A stretch of DNA of 64,000 nucleotides from an uncultured Gammaproteobacteria bacterium. GTDB lineage: Bacteria; Pseudomonadota; Gammaproteobacteria; UBA9214. Where the stretch lies: assembly GCA_963712695.1 (NCBI GenBank), contig CAVQJD010000007.1, forward strand, positions 3,221 through 67,220, read 5' to 3'. The first letter of the stretch is position 1; every line of letters begins with the position of its first letter. This document shows, piece after piece, positions 12,563-23,794 of this stretch. A program made the position numbers and the translations under genes. The notes under the pieces were generated by a model, which had not been told where the DNA came from, made no database searches, and saw only the letters and a list, made by a program, of their open reading frames with translations.

Positions 12563-13205
12563 GTTACAGCGGCATAGGTAAATTCCGAATAAAATTTTGG
12601 TCAGGCACAGGTCTCTAGATAATTGATCTGTGACTGTTTTCAGTCAAATTGTCGTAATTTCTTACGCTTCTTGCAGAGCCTCCAATACAGCATTTTTTCT
12701 TAACTATCTGTTTGTATAGATATTTATCAAAAATAGTGTTAAAAGCTGTCCACTGCGTTGTTCAAATAGTTTACAGCCAGACTGCTCTGGATACTCCCCA
12801 ACACCTCGTCAATTTCTATGCTTTTGATTTATAAGCTTTCTTAATTTTTCTTAAGCTTTTGGCCTGATAATTGCCTTTATATTCATACAGAAGTGCTGTC
12901 AAGCAACTCCAGGCAGTGCAAACAAAATAATAACGACGACCCAGACGACGACGAATCTCATCAGAAAGCATCGCTGGTTTCAGGGGATAACAATGCGGAA
13001 ATTTACACAGGAGCGTCATCCCAGCCGCCGGAGAGACTGCCTGATCCCGCTTGTCTTCTTCTGGCACCCGCATAACCGAATTCCCGCTCGCCAGATGCAG
13101 GAGGGTTTTTTTCTGCCGGCGTGCTGCCCGCCTGCACCCCGAGCCGGATTCCATACCGAATACCTGTTACTCAAAACACCTCAAAACACGCGAGGAGGAC
13201 ACCCC

Positions 13206-16200
13206 ATGTCCACATCATACCCCCAGAATGACAGCACCCTGCAGCGGACACTTCGCACACCTGTGCCCTCTGGTCACCAGCTGCTGACACTTGGCCTGGC
13301 CTCAACCGCCCAGGCAGCGGTCACCTGTGAGCGTGACATTACGGCCAACGTCGTGGCACTCGACCAGCCGATTCTGTTCAATCGCCTGGGTGCCTCCAAC
13401 GTCAACGCGGCGATCTTCGCACTGGAACGCGACGTGGTGGATGCCAACGGTGTGCCGCTCAGCACTCGGCGGCGCTCGCGATCCCGGGACTGGTGCAGCT
13501 GCGTACCGACAAGCGCCCCCGCCCGCTGGTGTTGCGGGTACGCCGTGGCGACTGCCTGACGGTCAACCTGACCAATCTGCTGTCACCGGTGGCCAATCCG
13601 ATCAAGCCGCTGGTCGAAGGCGGTGACCCGCTGCCGAACAATGACCAGTTCAACGTGCCCATCGACGAACAGGTGTTCGACCGCCACGTGAGCTTCCACG
13701 TCTCCGGCATGCAGCTGGTGGATTCCATCGCTGACGACGGGTCCTATGTCGGCCAGAACCCGTCGAGCATCGCCGCCCAGGGCAACTCTGCATCCTACCG
13801 GCTCTACGCCGAGCGCGAAGGCGCCTTCCACGTGACCAGCCTCGGCTCGGTCGTGGGCTCCGACGGCAACGAGGGCAACACCTCCAATCTGCTGTTCGGC
13901 CAGGTGAGCGTCGAGCCGACCGGCGGCGAACATCTACCGCAGCCAGGTGACCGAAGAGGAGATGCGTCTGGTCTCCATGGACCTGGTCTCCACCTCGCCC
14001 ACCTGCGGCGCGCGCAACCTCAACGCGGCCAGCCAGCCGGTCATCGACTACGAGGCGCGCTACCCGACCGTGAACTGCGATGGCATCAACAACAGCGGGG
14101 CCGACCTGGGCGCGGCCGTGTGGATCGCCGAGGGCAAGGCGGGATTGCCCGTGCTCAATATGATCGACAACGACCAGATCGTGCAGTCCGAGATTCATGC
14201 CATGATCGTCGGCCCGAACGCCGACGGCAGCTTCCCGCCCAGCACCTATCCGCTGGAGAGCGTGGGCAAGCGCAACCCCAACCTGCCGAACCGCCTGACG
14301 CCGTTCCGTGAATTCGCCTCGGTGTTTCACGACGAGAGTGCCGCCGCCCAGGCGTTCCCGGGCTTCTTTGTCGACTGACCCGGTCTTCAACGTGGTGCTG
14401 GCCGGCGTCAAGGATGCCTTCATGATCAACTACGGCTCGGGCGGCATCGGCAGCGAAATCATCGCCAACCGCCTGCGGGTCGGACCCATGCACGACTGCC
14501 TCACCTGCGCCTTCGAGGAATTCTTCCTGACCTCCTTCACGGTGGGCGATCCGGCGCAGCTGGTTGATGTATCCGCCAATATCGGCCTCGAGGCCCTGCT
14601 GCCCGGACAGACCCCGGCACCAGGCACCACCGGCCCCAAGGCTACCTTCGTACCCTACCCCGAGGATCCGGCCAACATCCACCACAGCTACACGGGTGAC
14701 TTCGTCAAGATCCGCAACAGCCACACGGTAAGGAACAGCACGTCTTCCACCTGCACAACCACCAGTGGCTGTACAACCCCAACGACGACAACTCGAACTA
14801 CCTGGACGCGCAGGGCATCGGACCGGGTATCGGCTATACCTACGAGATCAACTTCGGCGGTTCGGGCAACCGCCCCAAGAGTTCCGGTGACGCCATCTTC
14901 CACTGCCACTTCTACCCGCATTTCGCCCAGGGCATGTGGTATCACTGGCGCAACCACGACGTGCTCGAAACCGGCACCCTGCTCGAGGCCAGCGGCAGCC
15001 CTGACAGCTTCCATGCCACGCCCTGGGCGCTGGGCAACGGCACCCCGATGCTGGCATCCGTCGCCGGGCTGACCGAGGCCGCACCCGGTGCGCGCGTACG
15101 CGCGCTGCCCGACGCCGAAGTGGTGGTCGGCGCCCCTATCCCGGCCATCGTACCGCTGCCCGGCAAGGCCATGCCGCCGCTGCCTGGCGAAGTACAGCTG
15201 GTGCCCAACCCGCTCACCACGACGGCGTCGATTTTCAATCCGACCCCGCCTGCCGCCGATCTCGACCCGCTCGCGCCGGGCATCCAGGTGCCGGTCGGCA
15301 GTCTGGCCAGCGTCGTGGATCGCGCCACCAACCCCGGTTATCCGTTCTGGATCGCCGGCATTGAAGACGTTGTCGGCCAGCGTCCACCCACCCCGCCGCT
15401 CGACATGGTCTCGGCTGCCCAGGTGGCGGCACTCAACGACGCGGCCTGCCAGGCCGACCCGAACTGCCTGTGGCAGAATCTGGATCCGGCCCAGGCCGAT
15501 GGCTGGGACGGCGGCCTGCCGCGCGCGGCCCTGCAGGGATTCGCGGCCGGTGGCGACACCGAACTCAATATCGTTTCGCGCCTCGATTTCACCAAAACGG
15601 TGGGTGAGGCGAAGGCGGTGTTCTATCCCCGAGGAAGGCACCGACCTCGAACAGCTCGCCATGCGCTTCCATGCCATTCGCAATCACCCCAGCTGCCTGC
15701 CGGATGGCACCTGTGATCCGACCATCGATCCCGGCAGCACTACGGCGGTGAACTTCGTGTCGAACGGCAATCTGCCCGCGGTCGGCGCGCCCTTCCACGA
15801 GCCGTGCATGGACGACCGGGGTGTGCGTCTCGAGACCGGTGTGCAGGGCAACTTCTTCGGCAGCACGCTGACGGCAATGAACGACCCGGCGGGCATGACC
15901 ACGGTCGGCTCGAGCGTCTTCACTGCCAACAACCCGCGCATCTACAAAGGCGCCAACATGCAGTACGACGTGGTGCTGAACAAGGCCGGCTACCACTACC
16001 CGCAGCAGCGCATCATTGCCCTGTGGGAGGACGTGGTGCCGGTGATCAGCAAGACCAAGCCCGACGAACCGCTGGTGATGCGCTTCAACACCTTCGACTG
16101 TGGCGTCTATCACCACACCAACCTGGTGCCTGAATACTACGAGCTCGACGATTATCAGGTGCGCACCCCGACCGACATCATCGGTCAGCACATCCACCTG

Positions 16201-19200
16201 CCCAAGTGGGATCTGACCACCGCCGACGGCGCCGCCAACGGCTGGAACTATGAGGACGGCACACTGTCGCCCGGTTCGGTGCGCGAGCGCATCCGCGCGC
16301 TGAACTGTTTCGCCACCGGCGACAGCGGCGACCCCGCCCACCCCTGCCCGCCCGGGATTCCGCGGCGGCATCGGCAGCCACGTTGCGGGCACCGGCTCCG
16401 GCGGATTGATCCCGCCCACGACCCTGACACCCGAGGCACACCCCTACTGGGCCGGTCAGGCGGCGGCACTGGGCGGCCCCTTCCCCGAGCTCTGGGACGG
16501 TGCCCGGGTCACCACCCAGCGCTGGTTCTTCGACCCGGTGGTCAACACCGAAGGGGTCGACCGGGGACTGGGCATCATCTTCACCCACGACCACTACGGC
16601 CCTTCGACCCACCAGCAGATCGGCCTGTATGCGACCGTGCTGGCCGAGCCGGCCGGTTCGCGCTGGGTGCACAACGAGACCGGCGTGCAGCTGGGCCGCG
16701 GCCCCGATGGTCTCAACCCCAGCGGCCGCATCGATGGCGGTCCGACCTCCTGGCAGGCGGTGATCCTGCCGCCGGGTGGCGGCTCGACCGTGAATCCGCC
16801 CGGCCAGCTGGAGCAGTTCCGGGAGTTCTACTTCGAGTACACCGACTTCCAGCACGCCTACGAGGCCGGCGTCTACGTGGGTGCCGACCAGCAGGGCGCA
16901 CCGATCGGCGGGCCGGTCGGCAACGATCCGGGGTTGACCGGACATCCTCAATACCGGCAATGCCGATTTCACCGGCCTGCCCGAAGATGCGTTCCGCTTC
17001 GCCATCAACCCGCCGAATCGCGAACAGGTCACACCCGTGTTCCCCGACCTGGTGCTGGAGGCGGCCGCAGGGCCTGTTGCCGGGTTGCCCCTTCAACCCG
17101 CTCACCGGCGAGGGCGGACGTCCCTGTCCGACCGCCATCGACGTACAGGACCCGGGTATGTTCTCGGTCAACTACCGCAACGAACCCGTTGCCCTGCGCG
17201 TCTTTGACCCGTTTGCGCTGGGCCCGGACGGCCAGCCGGGCGCCCAGAGTGATGCACGCGCCGGCGATCTCGCCCTCGCGTTCGAGACACGCAATGACCG
17301 TCGCCTGTTCGTGGAAGGCGCCAGTTTCGGCAGCATCGACGGCAACCCGATCCCCGGCTTTGTCCTGAACGAGGTACCGGTAGCGGGTGACCACATCAAC
17401 GGCACCGTCTTCCCGCCGCACATCAACGCCGGTGGCGTCAATGGCGGCGATCCCTTCACCCCGATGATGCGCGCCTTCGCCGGTGACCTGATCCGGGTGA
17501 AGATGCAGGCCGGCGGCGACGAGGAAGAACACGCCGCCACCATCCACGGCGTGAAATGGCTGTACGCCGGTTCCGGCCACGGCGAGGCCCGCAACTCGGG
17601 CTGGCGTGGCAGCCAGTCGGGCGGCATTTCCGAGCAGTTCACCCTCAAGGTACCGCTGGTACCGCTGAAGGGTAATGTCGGGCGCCGTCTCGACTACCTC
17701 TACACCATGGACGCCTCCACCGACGGTTGCTGGAGCGGCATGTGGGGCATCCTGCGTGCCTACGAAAACCGCACCCAGGCCACGGACCCGGCCCAGGGCG
17801 GCGGTCCGCTGGTCGAGTTGACCAACAATCCCCCGCCGCAGACGGGGCTGGTGCAGATCACCAACGAGGCCGATTTCGACGGCGCCTGTCCGCTGTTCAT
17901 GCCCGATGGCGTGACCCCGACCACGGTCCGCGCGTATGACATTACCGTGGTACTGGCCAACGACGTGCTGCCCGTCAACCCCGACGTGATCATCACGGAT
18001 GTCGACCCGGCGGGTCACGTAGGTGCGGCACCGGATCCTCTCGGCGGCACGCTGGTCTACAACCCGCGCACCGACCAGATCGGTGGTGGCGTACTGGTAG
18101 AACCCGGCCATCCGCCGGTGCCGTTGCCGATCCACAACGGCCCGATTCACGATCCGACCGCGATCCTGTATGTCCATACCTCGGATGTCGTCACGGATCG
18201 TACTCGGCAATCCCATCGGCCTCAAGCCGAACACCCCGGTCGAACCGCTGGTGCTGCGTGCCGCCGCGGGCGACTGCATCAGGGTCACGCTGCGCAACGA
18301 ACTGCCGGTGCTGATGCCGGAGCTGCCGACCTATACCAGCCTGCTCGGCGCCAACAAGCGCGACCGGCTGGGCGTCGAGGGTTCGACCACCTTCCAGACC
18401 AACCTGCTGGCTGCCGTCCAATCGCGTCGGACTGCACCCGCAGATGCTGGCCTACGATGTGTCGCGCGCCGACGGCACGGTGGTGGGCGAGAACCACACC
18501 CTGGCGCAGGTCATCGGTCCCAACAGCGCCCCGGCCACGTTCGAGTGGTACGCCGGCGATCTCGGCTTTACCCGCGACGGCGCGGGTCAGTGGACGCTGA
18601 CCGCGACGCCGGTGGAGTTCGGGGTGTCGAACCTGGCACCGGCGGACAAGATCAAGCACGGCATGAAGTCGGCGGTCGGCCAGCTGATCGTCGAGCCGCT
18701 GGGTTCCAGCTGGATCGAGGACGGCGTCAATGAGAATCCGAGCGGTGCCCGTGGCCGACCCGCTGCGCTTTGCCTATGCACCCGGTGCGACCCGGCTCGA
18801 GGCCTCGGTCATCAAGGACGGCGCCCGCATCTTCCGCGACCTGTCGGTGGTCCTGACCAAGCAGCAGACCCAGTACTATGCGGACAGCGAGCCGGTCGAA
18901 CACCTGAACGGTGAAGGTGCAGGCATCCCCGAGGATCCGCAGGAAGCCACGGGCATGGCGATCAACTACCAGATCGATCCGCTCTGGTTCCGGCTCGGCA
19001 TCCTGCCGAATTCGCCCTTCGGCAACGACATCACACCGTCGAGCTTCGGCAATGCGGTGCCACCGAATGCGGACGGGACCCAGTTCGACATCTACAGCAA
19101 CAACCGGCCGCATCCGCCCGGCAGCCCGCTGGTCGGTCCCATCGGTGAGCCGTCCACGCCGGTGTTCCTGGCACGGCCCGGTGAACCCCTGCGCGTGCGT

Positions 19201-19848
19201 CTCGGCGTACCGCACGGCACCAACCGCGGGTCCACCTTCAGCCTGCACGGCCACACCTGGCAGCGCGACCCCTATATCTGCCCGAACGATGCGCGCAACG
19301 GCCTGATTGGCGCCTGTCTGCCGACCAGTGTCGGTTCGCAGGCCATCGGACACAATCCGCAGGGCTTCTACCAGGGTGCGCAGGAGAGCATCTGGTCCAC
19401 CGCGCACTACGATTTCGTGCTGGCGAGCGCGGGCGGTGCGGGTGAGATCCTGGGTGATTACCTGTTCCGCGACACCGCTTCCTTCGGTAATGCCTCCGGG
19501 CTGTGGGGTATCCTCCGGGTCGAGAACCGACCGGATGCCGATGGCGACGGTATCTTCGATGATGTGGACAACTGCATCAACGTGGCCAATGGTCCGCTGA
19601 TCCCGGATGCCGGCGGCTTCAGCCAGCGGGATACCAACGGGGATGGGTTCGGTAACGTCTGCGATGCGGATTTCAATGGCGACGGCGTGGTCGATGCCTT
19701 CGATATTCCCGCGTTCAGAGGGGCGTTTGGCTCGGCACTGGCACCGGATCAGGATCTGAATGGTGACGGTATCGTCGATGCATTCGATATCCCGCTGTTC
19801 AGGGCATCCTTTGGACAACCACCCGGCCTGTCGTGCTGTGGAATTTAG
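13206..19848 (+). pseudogene. Giant (~2200 aa) multi-domain multicopper oxidase of the MnxG/MofA/MoxA type with a C-terminal TSP3 plus double dockerin-like module. The frame is broken about 10-12 times.
   Basis: ATG 13206 follows a GAGGAGG RBS, and the signal region is LLTLGLASTAQAAV. A continuous homologous reading runs through ORFs 12993, 13493, 13947, 14308, 14934, 15088, 16406, 15088 again, 18170, 18444 and 18730. Copper-site motifs: HVFHLHNHQW, IFHCHFYPHFAQGMW (HCHxxxHxxxGM), FTHDHYGPSTH, HIHLPKW and FSLHGHTWQRDP. Paired GMWGILRAYE and GLWGILRVE motifs also occur. The C-terminus is DNCINVANGP...RDTNGDGFGNVCDADFNGDGVVDAFDIPAFRGAFG...DLNGDGIVDAFDIPLFRASFGQPPGLSCCGI. Confidence 0.6.
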
Positions 19849-19874
19849 CCACGGGTTGCTGCTGTGCAGGAACC

Positions 19875-19915
19875 AGGGCGTGTTGCAGGGGTGTTTTTCG
19901 AACCTGCAACACGCC
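19875..19915 (+). terminator. Strong GC hairpin immediately after the giant MCO stop codon. It looks like a terminator but has no U-tract.
   Basis: A 14-bp perfect stem, GGGCGTGTTGCAGG...CCTGCAACACGCCC, encloses a 13-nt loop containing TTTTT. Confidence 0.4.
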
Positions 19916-20104
19916 CGGGGAAAGGAACCCGGGTGACCGGTCAGACCACCCGCGACCCGATGACACTACGCTGCAGGGGGAAAGGCGGTCATCGCGCAAT
20001 GCCCAGGGGGGCAACTGAAATTGCGAACACGGGGGTGGCGAGGTCCCCGCCCAATGAAAAAGGAAACCAGCGCAAGACAGGTTGAAAAACCGGGAGACAA
20101 GACA

Positions 20105-21466
20105 ATGAAGCTATTCAGTATTGGCCTGCTCGCCAGTGCCCTGCTCGGGCTGGGCCAGGCGGCCCACGCTACCTGTCCGGTGGACGGCGCAACCCCCTTC
20201 ACCGCCGGGCCCGTGGATCCCGTCAACGGTTTTGCCACCTATCTCCAGGATTCCGAGGGTCTGGCACTGGAGCTGTGCCTGGACGGGTCTGGCACCCCTA
20301 CCGGCACGCCACCTGATCTTTGCTTTTTCGACCCACCCATTGCGGGCAATGCCTTCTCCGAATTAATCGGATTCGGTCCGGAAGGTTTCTGGTGGCTGGC
20401 ACAGCCCGCGTTTGGCGGCCCCAACTCCCCTCCCCAGCCACTGGGTTTACCCGTAGCGGTACTGGTGCTGGGCGCGGAAGCCGCTTGGGTGGCAGAGATT
20501 CCGGGTCCCGGTGAACAGTTTCCCTTTACCCGGCTGCGCATCCGCCTCGACGTCCTGTCAAACGGATACTACCGGGTGACCCATCCCTACGGCCAGGAGG
20601 TCTACGAACTCTTTGCGGCAACCGGTCTGAACGAAAGTTTCGACATCCAGTTCCAGCCGAACGCGGTGAACCAGGGCCGGGTCGGCCCCTGGCTGAGCTG
20701 GGATCCGGCCGTTGCCCCTGTGGCGCCGGCCGGCTACATCGGCGACGGGGCCACCCCGCACCCGGTGGTGGGCAGTCCGTGCGGGACCAATTACTTCAAA
20801 ATCGAGGCGTTTACCAACGCAGCCCTGACAATCCCGCTGCCCATTGAAGTCGGTGATCCGGGCGGCGATGGAAACAATGTGGTGCAGGTCAATGACTTCA
20901 CTGTGGTCGGCAAGTTGTTTACGGGGGGCCCACTGCCGACACCGCTGCTCGTCGACCAGACTACCTACAGCCGCGCCAACGACGGCCGGGTGAGTGTGTT
21001 TGCCACCGCCCCGACCACGGCGAGCCTCAGCTTCAGCGGGGATCTCAACATCCCGGCCGGCCCACAGGCCATGGCAGGCGACGGCAGCGGCAAGTACTTC
21101 GGCAGTGTGGCGCTTGATCCGGATGCCAGTGCCCTGCCGGCCAGCGTCCAGGTCACCGCCGACAACAGCGCCGCCAATCCGGATAACGATCCAAACACCG
21201 TCAACAGCGACCTGGTCGACGTGGTGACCATCACGCGCGCCGAGTATGACAAGGGCACGGGAACGCTGACCGTCGAGGCCAGCTCGAGTGACCGCTCACC
21301 GACCAATCCGCCCACCCTGACTGCGTCAGGTGGTCTGGGCGCGCTGAGTAATGGCGCCCTCACAGCAACCAGCCTGACCGTCGCACCGGCCAGTGTTACC
21401 GTGACATCGGGCGCGGGCGGGTCTGATACCCAGCCTGTGACCATTATCAACCCCGTCCTCCCGTAA
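20105..21466 (+). CDS. Secreted family-A paralog, short form without a dockerin.
   Basis: ATG 20105 follows a GGGAGA RBS, with signal peptide MKLFSIGLLASALLGLGQAAHA. It carries the conserved family-A core (TCPVDGATPFTAGPVDP, FPFTRLRIRLDV, GSPCGTNYFKIEAF, LVDVVTITRAEYD, TLTVEASSSD). Confidence 0.65.
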   Translation: MKLFSIGLLASALLGLGQAAHATCPVDGATPFTAGPVDPVNGFATYLQDSEGLALELCLDGSGTPTGTPPDLCFFDPPIAGNAFSELIGFGPEGFWWLAQPAFGGPNSPPQPLGLPVAVLVLGAEAAWVAEIPGPGEQFPFTRLRIRLDVLSNGYYRVTHPYGQEVYELFAATGLNESFDIQFQPNAVNQGRVGPWLSWDPAVAPVAPAGYIGDGATPHPVVGSPCGTNYFKIEAFTNAALTIPLPIEVGDPGGDGNNVVQVNDFTVVGKLFTGGPLPTPLLVDQTTYSRANDGRVSVFATAPTTASLSFSGDLNIPAGPQAMAGDGSGKYFGSVALDPDASALPASVQVTADNSAANPDNDPNTVNSDLVDVVTITRAEYDKGTGTLTVEASSSDRSPTNPPTLTASGGLGALSNGALTATSLTVAPASVTVTSGAGGSDTQPVTIINPVLP

Positions 21467-21499
21467 CGCGGTGCAGACGAGCAACTGGAGGCAACTGAC

Positions 21500-23482
21500 A
21501 TGACACACACAATTAGGAATCGTCTGGTCGCGGCAGCCATTGGACTCTGCCTGGGTCCCGCGGCCCATGCAGTCTGTCCGGTGGACGGTGCGACACCCTT
21601 CACCGCGGGTCCCGTCAACCCCAATAACGGTTTCGCCGAATACGTACAGGATTCCACTGGGCTGGCGCTGGAACTGTGTTCCGTGAGCACCATCGACCCC
21701 GTCACGGGGCTGCCCGGTAACCCGCCCAACTGTTTCTTCGACCCGCCACAGGCCGGCAATCCGTTCTCGGAGCAGATCGGCTTCGGGGCCGAGGGCTTCT
21801 GGTGGCTGGCGCAGGCCGACGACACTGCATTTCCAGCGGGACTCTCTGCGGTGCTGGTCATGGGCGCAGAGGCGGCTTTCCTGACCGAAACCCCCGCAGA
21901 TGGCGACCAGTTTCCTTTCACCCGGCTGCGCATCCGCCTCGACGTCCCGGTGCCAGGCTTTTACCAGGTGACCCACCCGTACGGTCAACAGGTATTCGAG
22001 GTCGTCGCCGTGGGCCCCGGACAGGAAGTGCGCGAGAGCTTTGACATCGAATTCGCGCCGGACGCCGTGAACCAGGGGCGGGTCGGACCCTGGCTGAGCT
22101 GGGATCCGGCCGTGCCACCGTTGGCGCCGACCGGCTTCATCGGTGACGGGCTAACCTCCCATGCCATCGTCGGCAGCCCCTGCCCAGACCCAGATAACAC
22201 AAATGAATTCAGCAACTTCCTGCGCATCGAGGCCTTTTCGGACGCAGCACTCCAAAATCCGCTGCCCATCCCAAACAACGGCGGCAGCAACACCGTGCAG
22301 ACCGATCTGTTCACGGTACAGGGCCAGCTCTTCGATGGGGTCCTGGCAACCCCCATGGTCGCGGACCGGACCTCCTACTCACGCGATGGCGCCACGACTG
22401 CACAGGTGGATGTGTTCACCAGCGGCGCCACCACGGCGAGCGTGACCTTCAGCGGCAATCCCAATGTACCGGCCGGGGCCCTGCCTCTGTCCGGCGACGG
22501 CAGCGGTTTGTTCTACAGCAGCGAGTTGCTGGCTCCGAACGGCAACACGGTGCCGGCGACGGTAACGGTGGCTGCGACGGATATAACTGCTCCGACTGAC
22601 CCGACCACCCTGATCCGGCCGCTGACCGATGTGGTGATCATCGCCCGCGCCGAGTACGACCTGGCGACCCAGACCCTCAGCGTCGAGGCAACATCCAGTG
22701 ACACCCTGGTACCGCAGACCCTGACCGTGGGCGAACTGGGTCTGCCAGTACCCGTCTCGGAGGTGCTGACAGTACCGCCGGGCCGGGTGACGGTGACTTC
22801 CACGGCGGGCGGCAGCGACACCGAAGCGGTGCTGGTCGTGGACAGCACGGACAGCGACGGCGACGGGATACCGGATACGCATGACAACTGTCCGATCAAT
22901 GCCAACACCGACCAGGCGGACCTCGACCTTGACGGCATCGGCGATGCCTGCGACCCGGACATCGACGGTGACACCGTGGACAACGGTCTGGACAACTGCC
23001 CGGTCAATGCCAACGCCGACCAGGCGGACCTCGACCTTGACGGCATCGGCGATGCCTGCGACCCGGACATCGACGGTGACACCATAGACAACGGTCTGGA
23101 CAACTGCCCGGTCAATGCCAACTCCGACCAGGCGGACCTCGACCTTGACGGCATCGGCGATGCCTGCGACCCGGACATCGACGGTGACAACGTGGACAAC
23201 GCTGCCGACAACTGCACACTAGTTGCCAACATCGACCAGCGTGACAGCAACGGGGACAATTTCGGTAATGTCTGTGACGCGGACTTCAACAACGACTGCG
23301 TGGTCGATGCATTCGATATTCCGGCGTTCAGAACGGCCTTTGGCTCGGCTGGACCGGATGAGGACCTGAATGGTGACAACATCGTGGATGCATTCGATAT
23401 CCCGCTGTTCAGAAATGCATTTGGACAGCCTCCGGGCCCGTCCTTTGTCGGCGCCTGCGTGGGGGTGCCGCCGCTGCCCTAG
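21500..23482 (+). CDS. Secreted family-A paralog, long form with four TSP3 repeats plus a double dockerin-like module.
   Basis: A GGAGG RBS and a signal peptide precede the family-A core. The C-terminal 200 aa are three near-identical 36-aa TSP3 repeats, then DNCTLVANIDQRDSNGDNFGNVCDADFNNDCVVDAFDIPAFRTAFG...DLNGDNIVDAFDIPLFRNAFGQPPGPSF. Confidence 0.7.
   Translation: MTHTIRNRLVAAAIGLCLGPAAHAVCPVDGATPFTAGPVNPNNGFAEYVQDSTGLALELCSVSTIDPVTGLPGNPPNCFFDPPQAGNPFSEQIGFGAEGFWWLAQADDTAFPAGLSAVLVMGAEAAFLTETPADGDQFPFTRLRIRLDVPVPGFYQVTHPYGQQVFEVVAVGPGQEVRESFDIEFAPDAVNQGRVGPWLSWDPAVPPLAPTGFIGDGLTSHAIVGSPCPDPDNTNEFSNFLRIEAFSDAALQNPLPIPNNGGSNTVQTDLFTVQGQLFDGVLATPMVADRTSYSRDGATTAQVDVFTSGATTASVTFSGNPNVPAGALPLSGDGSGLFYSSELLAPNGNTVPATVTVAATDITAPTDPTTLIRPLTDVVIIARAEYDLATQTLSVEATSSDTLVPQTLTVGELGLPVPVSEVLTVPPGRVTVTSTAGGSDTEAVLVVDSTDSDGDGIPDTHDNCPINANTDQADLDLDGIGDACDPDIDGDTVDNGLDNCPVNANADQADLDLDGIGDACDPDIDGDTIDNGLDNCPVNANSDQADLDLDGIGDACDPDIDGDNVDNAADNCTLVANIDQRDSNGDNFGNVCDADFNNDCVVDAFDIPAFRTAFGSAGPDEDLNGDNIVDAFDIPLFRNAFGQPPGPSFVGACVGVPPLP
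22883..23206. repeat. Tandem DNA repeat of 3 x 108 bp, ~95% identical, that encodes the TSP3 repeats of gene 21500..23482.
   Basis: The unit is gacaactgcccggtcaatgccaac...gacctcgaccttgacggcatcggcgatgcctgcgacccggacatcgacggtgac. Copies start at 22883, 22991 and 23099. It is in-frame and coding (DNCPVNANxDQADLDLDGIGDACDPDIDGD). Confidence 0.8.
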
Positions 23483-23794
23483 CATTCAGCCGTAATGACA
23501 GGCTGCAGCAGCCATGCTGAAGGTAAGTGGTGTCGGCCGACTGCCGACACCACCCTTGAGGTGCAATGAGAGCGGCCCGGAATACCATTCAGACTATTTC
23601 CGATCGTGACTTCTGCCCGCAGAGTGACCCAACCACCACGCATAGGGATATTTCCAACCGGGCTGAAACTACGTCCGTGCCGATATCCGTGATATGTTTT
23701 GAAACTATTCCCAGTTAATCTTGACGAAAGCAAGCAGGAACTTAACAACGCGCCTGCTGACGAAAATTACAGGCGCAAAGCCAAGGGGTAAACC

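Noticed and set aside
12600-12990. Possible sigma-70 promoter (TTGACA...TATGAAT) in the AT-rich tract upstream of the giant MCO.
   Set aside because: The best -35/-10 pair reads on the minus strand, pointing away from the MCO gene. On the plus strand no convincing -35/-10 pair with 16-18 bp spacing was found, so only the AT-rich character is noted.
22883-23206. Tandem near-perfect repeats that could be mistaken for a CRISPR array.
   Set aside because: The repeats are 108 bp with no unique spacers, lie in-frame inside a gene and encode TSP3 protein repeats. No cas genes are nearby.
23531-23553. Hairpin GGTGTCGGC-CGACT-GCCGACACC after gene 21500-23482 as a rho-independent terminator.
   Set aside because: It is a perfect 9-bp stem, but it is followed by ACCCTTGAGG with no U-tract. 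It is recorded only as a possible weak, U-tract-less terminator.
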